The notes beneath the pieces were generated by a model. The model ran no database searches and had not been told where the DNA came from. It saw only the letters and a list, made by a program, of their open reading frames with translations. 62,904 nt of DNA. Source: Acidobacteriota bacterium (GTDB lineage Bacteria; Acidobacteriota; Thermoanaerobaculia; UBA5066). The stretch covers positions 1 through 62,904 of the forward strand of contig JARXKK010000004.1 in the NCBI GenBank assembly GCA_030278895.1, given 5' to 3'. Position numbers and translations under genes: made by a program. Below are positions 56,530 to 62,904 of the stretch, piece by piece; within the stretch, counting starts at the first letter, position 1, and every line of letters begins with the position of its first letter.

Positions 56530-57898
56530 AGGGCACGATCGTGAGGACTCCGGTCATGTTGTCGTGCTTGACTCTTACGGGCGCACAGTCAATCTTCGTG
56601 CAGGCGTACGTCCAGCTTCCGACCATGCTGGTTGTCGGCGTGAAATTAACGATGCACGGCACCTGCACTGGGATTTGATCGCACTGCGTGATGCCCAGGA
56701 CCGCGAGACCACCGATCCCATGAGTTAGGTTCTCGGAGGGGTCGGCCCTGAACGTGAGCGTGTATTGCTGGCCCACCTTCAGTGACACCGGACTGGGCTG
56801 CCAGTCCCAGTTCGTACTGCCATGCGAGGAACCGGTAATGGTGATTGCGGTCGGCCCCCCGGCCACGACGACGACGTCCTTCACGGCCGCGGACGTGCCG
56901 CTGGCGTTCGCCACGAAATGCGTCGTCCTGTAAGTCGCCGCCGCGCCGTAGGTGTGCTGCACGGTCGCGCCGGACGTCGCCGCCTGGCCGTCGCCGAACG
57001 CCCACAGCTGGGTCGTCGGTGAGTTCGAGGAGGTGTCGGTGAACGTGACGGGCTGTCCGGTCGTGGGGTTGGCGGACACGGTGTAGGTCGCGACGGGCAC
57101 GGGCGCCGAGACGTTCGGCTCGGCCGTCATCACGATCGCGAACGGGTCCCCCGACTTGTTGTTGATGACGGACGCGAACGCGAGGACTGGCTGGTCGCTG
57201 ATGAACTCCAGCCAGAGGTTCGTGTCGGTGATCGTGTTCGGGCTCGGGAGCCACGCCGAGAGCGTGCCGATCTGCTTGAAGCCGTTCGCCGGGAGCGGAT
57301 CGAGCGTGATCCTGGCGACGAGAGTTCCGTCGCCCCTGCGCAGGCTCGTCGTCACGTTCGCGTCGGCGGTGCCGGGATTCATGAAGACGACGTTCGAGCG
57401 GTAGCCCGAGCCGCCGTCCGCGCTCGCGGCGAGCTGAACGAGCGTCCCTGCTTTCAGGGCCTGGCCGACGTCGATCCCGGGCAGCCACTGGCCCGACGTG
57501 GACCCGTTGCCGCACGAATTCACGTTGTTGACGCCGGAGGAGACGATGATCGGCGCCGGCGTCTGGAATCGAATCGGACCGAAGACGCCCTTCGCCTGCA
57601 GGAAGAGCGTCGCGAGGACGTTGTCGAAGGCGAGCTGACCGCGCGCGGGCACGGTTACGAATCCGGGCGCGGGCGCCGCGACGGTCTGCCCGTTCGCCTG
57701 GTTGTAGAACACCGGCGTCACGTTCACGGGCGCGTTCGTCGGGTTGAAGACGCGGACGTCGGAGTGGAATTCGGCGGAGTTCTGGCCGGCCGAGAACGCC
57801 GACGACGGGATGACGACGTCGGCGGTGCCCGCGCCCGAGGCGAGGACGGTGACGGCCAGAAGAAACCGAGCGGCGATGCGAATTCTCACAACGGGCAT
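56528..57898 (-). CDS. secreted protein: N-terminal beta domain, PKD domain and C-terminal cupredoxin-like domain
   Basis: Signal peptide, a PKD-like segment (FTDTSSNSPTTQLWAFGDGQAATSGATVQHTYGAAATY), and a C-terminus with H...C...H..M spacing (THGIGG...CAPVRVKHDNM). Confidence 0.6.
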   Translation of the reverse strand: MPVVRIRIAARFLLAVTVLASGAGTADVVIPSSAFSAGQNSAEFHSDVRVFNPTNAPVNVTPVFYNQANGQTVAAPAPGFVTVPARGQLAFDNVLATLFLQAKGVFGPIRFQTPAPIIVSSGVNNVNSCGNGSTSGQWLPGIDVGQALKAGTLVQLAASADGGSGYRSNVVFMNPGTADANVTTSLRRGDGTLVARITLDPLPANGFKQIGTLSAWLPSPNTITDTNLWLEFISDQPVLAFASVINNKSGDPFAIVMTAEPNVSAPVPVATYTVSANPTTGQPVTFTDTSSNSPTTQLWAFGDGQAATSGATVQHTYGAAATYRTTHFVANASGTSAAVKDVVVVAGGPTAITITGSSHGSTNWDWQPSPVSLKVGQQYTLTFRADPSENLTHGIGGLAVLGITQCDQIPVQVPCIVNFTPTTSMVGSWTYACTKIDCAPVRVKHDNMTGVLTIVP

Positions 57899-58038
57899 GA
57901 GGACCTCACTGAAGTATTGATGAACGCAACCCTCGGGCCGTTGCGGGCGTCCCCTCGGAGTGACGACTGCGCGGAGTTTCCCACGAGGGTTCGACGCGGT
58001 GGAAATGCGAAAGATGACGTTGCCGTTACACTTCCCGC

Positions 58039-58971
<933 letters not shown>

Positions 58972-59008
58972 GTGCGATCACTTCTCAACGAGTTTCCCTG
59001 AACACAAT

Positions 59009-59033
59009 GGGCGCCGCCGCTGGCGGGGCGCCC
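59009..59033 (+). terminator. GC-rich hairpin downstream of fcl (weak terminator candidate)
   Basis: GGGCGCCGCC-GCT-GGCGGGGCGCCC is an imperfect stem with no T-tract. Confidence 0.3.
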
Positions 59034-59073
59034 CAAAACCCATCGACGTGCGGGAATTCCGCGGGAGTACAGG

Positions 59074-61065
59074 ATGAAGCATTGCCCGAGGCGCTCTTTC
59101 CTTCTGGCGCTCCTCTTCGCGTCGCCCCTGGCGGCACAGAGCCTTCCCCAGACCCTGTTCTTCCCGATTGCTCCTTGCCGGGTCGCCGATACGCGTAACG
59201 CGGCGGGCGCCTTCGGGGCGCCGGCCCTCGCCGCGGGCTCGACGCGCACGTACACGCTCGTCGGCGCCTGCGGCATACCGGCGTCGGCGCGGTCCGTGAA
59301 CTTGAACATCGCCGTCGTCACGCCCCAGGCGGCGGGCTCCCTCGCCATCTTCCCCGGCGGGGCGGCTCCAGGCAACGCCTCCGCAATCAATTACAGGGCA
59401 GGAAAGACGCGCGCAAACAACTTCGTCGCGCGCCTTGGGTCGGGCGGCGACATCGACGTTTACTGCCAGCAAGCGACCGGGACGACGGACTTTCTCATCG
59501 ACGTGTCGGGCTACTTCGAGGACGTCTCCGGGATGTCCGCCTCGACGGCCGCCGCCTTTGCGAGCATCACGACGTTCGGGGCGAGCCCCTCGATCACCGC
59601 CCACATTCGCGACATCGGCATGAACGCTTTTCTCGACGAGCAGTTTGCCGCGCCGAATTCGACGTACATTCCGACGGCACTGTTTCCGAACAGCCAGCAG
59701 GGCTCCTGCATCGGCAACTGCCCCCGCGACAACTACACGATGTACCCGCTCCAGTGGCAGTTCTTCTACAACGCGCTCTACCATCCGGACCAGCTCCGGC
59801 AGCGCGTGGCGTGGGCGCTCCACAAGATCATCCCGATCAACGGCCAGGACATCGGCCAGCCGAGCCGGATGGTCCCGTACCTGAACATGCTCGTGAACAA
59901 CGCGTTCGGGAGCTACAGGGACATCCTCTATCAGGTCACGCTGCTTCCGCCGATGGGCCAGTACCTCAACATGAATACGTCCACGCTGCAGCTCCCGAAC
60001 GAGAACTACGGGCGGGAGATCCTGCAGCTCTTCTCGATCGGCCTCGTGAAGCTGAACCTCGACGGGACGCCGCAGCTGGACGGCGGCGGAAACACGATTC
60101 CGACTTACGACCAGGCCGCGATCACCGAATTCGCGCGCGTCTTCACCGGCTGGCGATTTTCGAACCAGGTCGTCGCGGGCACGGATGACTACATCACCCC
60201 GATGGTGCTGGTCGCGGCGAACCACGACAAGGGCGCAAAGACCCTCCCGGACGGGACGACGAAGCTTCCCTGTCAGGGCCCCGTCGCCCCGTGCAGCACG
60301 CTCCAGACCGGCGACAAGGACCTCAACGACACCATCGACTGGGTGTTCAACCACCCGAACGTGGGGCCGTACATCGGCGGCGCGCTCATCCGCAACCTCG
60401 TGACGTCGAACCCGAGTCCCGCGTACGTCGCGCGCGTCGCAGCGAAGTTCAACGACAACGGCTCGGGTGCGCGCGGCGATCTCGGCGCGGTCGTCCGGGC
60501 GATCGTGACCGACCCCGAGGCGCTCGCGGGTGGGGCGAACCCGAACTTCGGCGCGCTGCGGGAGCCCGCGTTTTTCGCGATCGCGCTTCTTCGAGGCCTC
60601 GGCGCCCGCGCGGCGAACGGCAGCGGCCAGTCGGATGGGGTTCTCTCACCGCAAATCGCGCAACTGGGTCAGACCGTTTTCCTGCCCGACACGGTGTTCA
60701 GCTATTACCCGGCGGACTACCTGGCGCCGGGCACGGCGCTCTACGGACCGGAGTTCGGCATCCTCTCGGCCTCCACATCGCTCCGCCGCGCGAACCTCGT
60801 GAACACGCTCGCGTACGCGACGATTCCCGTCGGAGCGAACAACCCGTCCGGGACGTCCCTGGACCTCAGCGGGATCCAGTCCCTCTCGGGCAATCCGGCC
60901 GCCATGGTGGAGGAGCTCAACCAGCGGCTCTGTCACGGCCTCCTCTCCCCGGGCGTGAAGGCCGCCATCGTCACCGCCGTGAACACCGCCGCGACCCCGA
61001 AGGCCATGGCGCAACAGGCGACGTATCTCGTCGCGACGTCCTCCCAATTCCAGGTGGAGAGGTAA
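59074..61065 (+). CDS. DUF1800 family protein with an extra N-terminal beta-rich domain
   Basis: DQLRQRVAWALHKI, YLNMLVNNAFGSYRDIL, NENYGREILQLFSIG and ITEFARVFTGW are DUF1800 signatures. Confidence 0.75.
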   Translation: MKHCPRRSFLLALLFASPLAAQSLPQTLFFPIAPCRVADTRNAAGAFGAPALAAGSTRTYTLVGACGIPASARSVNLNIAVVTPQAAGSLAIFPGGAAPGNASAINYRAGKTRANNFVARLGSGGDIDVYCQQATGTTDFLIDVSGYFEDVSGMSASTAAAFASITTFGASPSITAHIRDIGMNAFLDEQFAAPNSTYIPTALFPNSQQGSCIGNCPRDNYTMYPLQWQFFYNALYHPDQLRQRVAWALHKIIPINGQDIGQPSRMVPYLNMLVNNAFGSYRDILYQVTLLPPMGQYLNMNTSTLQLPNENYGREILQLFSIGLVKLNLDGTPQLDGGGNTIPTYDQAAITEFARVFTGWRFSNQVVAGTDDYITPMVLVAANHDKGAKTLPDGTTKLPCQGPVAPCSTLQTGDKDLNDTIDWVFNHPNVGPYIGGALIRNLVTSNPSPAYVARVAAKFNDNGSGARGDLGAVVRAIVTDPEALAGGANPNFGALREPAFFAIALLRGLGARAANGSGQSDGVLSPQIAQLGQTVFLPDTVFSYYPADYLAPGTALYGPEFGILSASTSLRRANLVNTLAYATIPVGANNPSGTSLDLSGIQSLSGNPAAMVEELNQRLCHGLLSPGVKAAIVTAVNTAATPKAMAQQATYLVATSSQFQVER

Positions 61066-61067
61066 CC

Positions 61068-62489
61068 ATGACGACTCGCAGAGACTTCGTTCGCATCTCG
61101 GCGTGCGGCGCCATCGGCATGGCCGCCGTCTCGGAAAGCCTCGAGCGGCTCGGGCTCATCTCGAATACGGCGCAGGCGGCGCCGTCCGACTACCGGGCGC
61201 TCGTCTGCATCTTCCTCTTCGGCGGGAACGACTCGAACAACATGGTCATTCCGACGTACGGGTCGGGTTACACGGCCTACTCCTCGGCCCGCCAGAGCAG
61301 CCTCGCGATCGCTCAGGGCGCGCTCGCGGCCACGGCGATCACGCCGAACAGCATGGGTCTTCAGTTCGCTCTTCACCCGGCGATGACCGGGCTGAAAGGC
61401 CTCTGGGACTCCAACAAGCTCGCCGTGGTCGCGAACGTCGGGCCGCTCACCGACATCACGACCAAGACCCTCTACAACACGAACGCCGCCTTCCGTCCGT
61501 ACCAGCTCTTCTCCCACAGCGACCAGCAGTCCAGCTGGATGGCGCGGCGCTCGGACATTCGGACGAACCTCGGCTGGGGCGGTCTCACGGCCGACGACCA
61601 GGTGTCGCTGAACGGCGCGTCGGCATACCCGCCCGTGACGTCGCTCGCCGGGAACAACCAGTTCAACCTCGGGCAGGTCACGAAACCGCTCGGTGCGGCC
61701 CCCGCGCCGACGGCGCTGAACTCGATCCTCGCCCTGAACGGCTTCACGGCCTCGGCGGTCGACGCGGCCCGCCTCACGGCCTTCAATTCGCTCCGGACGT
61801 TCGACGCCGGCGTCCCGCTCGTGAACGCGACGAGCGGCGTCACGCAGGCCGCGATGAACATCAGCGCGGCGCTCAAGGTGGACCCGGTCGTCGGGGCATT
61901 TCCGAACACGAACATCGGCAACCAGCTCAAGCAGGTCGCGAAGATCATCAAGCTCAACCAGACGGCTCCGGAGCTCGGCTTGAACCGCCAGATCTTCTTC
62001 TGCTCAATGGGCGGCTTCGACACCCATCAGGACGAGCTCGCGGCGCACACGAACCTCTATGGGCAGCTCTCGGCCGCGATGAGCGCGTTCTACACGGAGA
62101 CGAACGTGCAGGGGCTCGCGGGGCGCGTGACGACGTTCACGGAATCGGATTTTGGAAGGACTCTTGCGCCCTCGGGAACGGGCGCGTCCGTCGGATCGGA
62201 CCACGCCTGGGGCAGCCACCAGCTCGTCATGGGCGGGGCCGTGGTCGGCCACGATTTCTACGGCGTCAACGGGCCCAACGGAAGCGTCTTCCCGGACCAC
62301 ACGCTCGGCGCGGCCAACCCGCTCGATACCGACGGCCGCGGCCGATTCATCCCGACGTGTGCCGTCGATCAGTACGCCGCGACGCTCGCGCAGTGGTTCG
62401 GAGTCTCGCCCGTGAACGCGACCGCGATCTTCCCGAACCTCACCAAGTTCACGACGCCGAGCCTCGGCTTCATGCTTCCGGCTTTCTAG
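61068..62489 (+). CDS. DUF1501 family protein with twin-arginine signal
   Basis: MTTRRDFVRISACGAIGMAA, LFGGNDSNNM, GGFDTH, SDFGRT and GSDHAWG. ATG lies 2 nt after the DUF1800 stop. Confidence 0.8.
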   Translation: MTTRRDFVRISACGAIGMAAVSESLERLGLISNTAQAAPSDYRALVCIFLFGGNDSNNMVIPTYGSGYTAYSSARQSSLAIAQGALAATAITPNSMGLQFALHPAMTGLKGLWDSNKLAVVANVGPLTDITTKTLYNTNAAFRPYQLFSHSDQQSSWMARRSDIRTNLGWGGLTADDQVSLNGASAYPPVTSLAGNNQFNLGQVTKPLGAAPAPTALNSILALNGFTASAVDAARLTAFNSLRTFDAGVPLVNATSGVTQAAMNISAALKVDPVVGAFPNTNIGNQLKQVAKIIKLNQTAPELGLNRQIFFCSMGGFDTHQDELAAHTNLYGQLSAAMSAFYTETNVQGLAGRVTTFTESDFGRTLAPSGTGASVGSDHAWGSHQLVMGGAVVGHDFYGVNGPNGSVFPDHTLGAANPLDTDGRGRFIPTCAVDQYAATLAQWFGVSPVNATAIFPNLTKFTTPSLGFMLPAF

Positions 62490-62904
62490 GAGGGGCGCGA
62501 GAAGCCCTGTCCGGAGGGGACGTCCGCAAAGCGCTCCAGCGCGGCCTGCCATTCCTGGCGGGTCGCGCGAAAGCTCCGCTCGCATGCGCGCATCCGGATC
62601 TTCATCTCGCGGACGGCCTCGGACGGTGGGCGTTGCCCGGCGCGCCTCGCGGCCTTCAGCTCGCTGTGCCGTGTGTAGGCCTCCTTCCAGAGGCGAAGGG
62701 TCTCGTCCATGCTCTGTCGCGCGTGCTCGGCGCGGGCGCGCAGGTCGTCCGCCATCCCCGAAGGAATCCGCGCGAGGCGCTCCTCCGTGGCCGCCGCGGC
62801 GATCTTCAGCTTCGCGTTCTCGATGATCGGAGGCGGCGTGACGCGCAGATTTCGCGCGAGGCGCGTGGCCCGGAACGACTGAATGAGCCACTTGTTCGGG
62901 TCCC
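62486..62904 (-). CDS. hypothetical helical protein (C-terminal part; the gene continues beyond the window)
   Basis: The frame stays open from the window edge (..DPNKWLIQSFRATRLARNLRVTPPPIIENAKLKIAAAATEERLARIPSGMADDL...) to the stop at 62486. The 89-aa track ORF is only its tail. Confidence 0.4.
   Translation of the reverse strand, partial: DPNKWLIQSFRATRLARNLRVTPPPIIENAKLKIAAAATEERLARIPSGMADDLRARAEHARQSMDETLRLWKEAYTRHSELKAARRAGQRPPSEAVREMKIRMRACERSFRATRQEWQAALERFADVPSGQGFSRPS

Overview
This is a very GC-rich chromosomal segment whose gene content looks Acidobacteriota-like: TolB-propeller Ser/Thr kinases, a CarboxypepD_reg/TonB-type outer-membrane receptor, and DUF1549/DUF1553, DUF1800 and DUF1501 pairs. 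I support about 52 protein genes and found no rRNA, tRNA, CRISPR array or transposase.

From left to right the window contains:
- a truncated class A beta-lactamase-like lipoprotein, an HGSNAT-like acyltransferase and a VapBC pair;
- an amino-sugar recycling operon (GlcNAc-type kinase, murQ, nagA), a CoA-transferase, a GT39/TPR glycosyltransferase and a TonB-type receptor;
- a translationally coupled kinase / TPR-like / beta-barrel triplet, an APC permease, gyrB-type topoisomerase subunit B and trmJ;
- a radical-SAM-like protein and a globin, placed convergent to a GAF sigma54 activator;
- a MeaB-methylmalonyl-CoA epimerase fusion and a second VapBC pair;
- a visibly AT-richer islet with an S8 protease;
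- DAHP synthase, carA, a LolC/E permease, deoC, an ALDH and glnA;
- two tandem kinase-TolB genes, a HAD-UbiA cluster and a kinase-receiver fusion;
- DUF1549/1553-DUF1501, then a PHM-like copper monooxygenase, a redoxin and an ATP-dependent DNA ligase;
- a PKD/cupredoxin protein, fcl, and DUF1800-DUF1501.

The most unusual signal is not a gene. It is an AT-rich motif of about 20-26 nt (GAAGATTTTCTTAGAAGGTGAAGAG, core TTCT[A/T]AGAA) that recurs at least 18 times in both orientations. Most copies lie inside unrelated housekeeping genes and are written in otherwise rare AT-rich codons. Wherever the motif's TAA/TAG would fall in frame, a single stop-avoiding change is present. Copies often occur as head-to-head pairs 85-160 bp apart. 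I could not assign it to any known element class.
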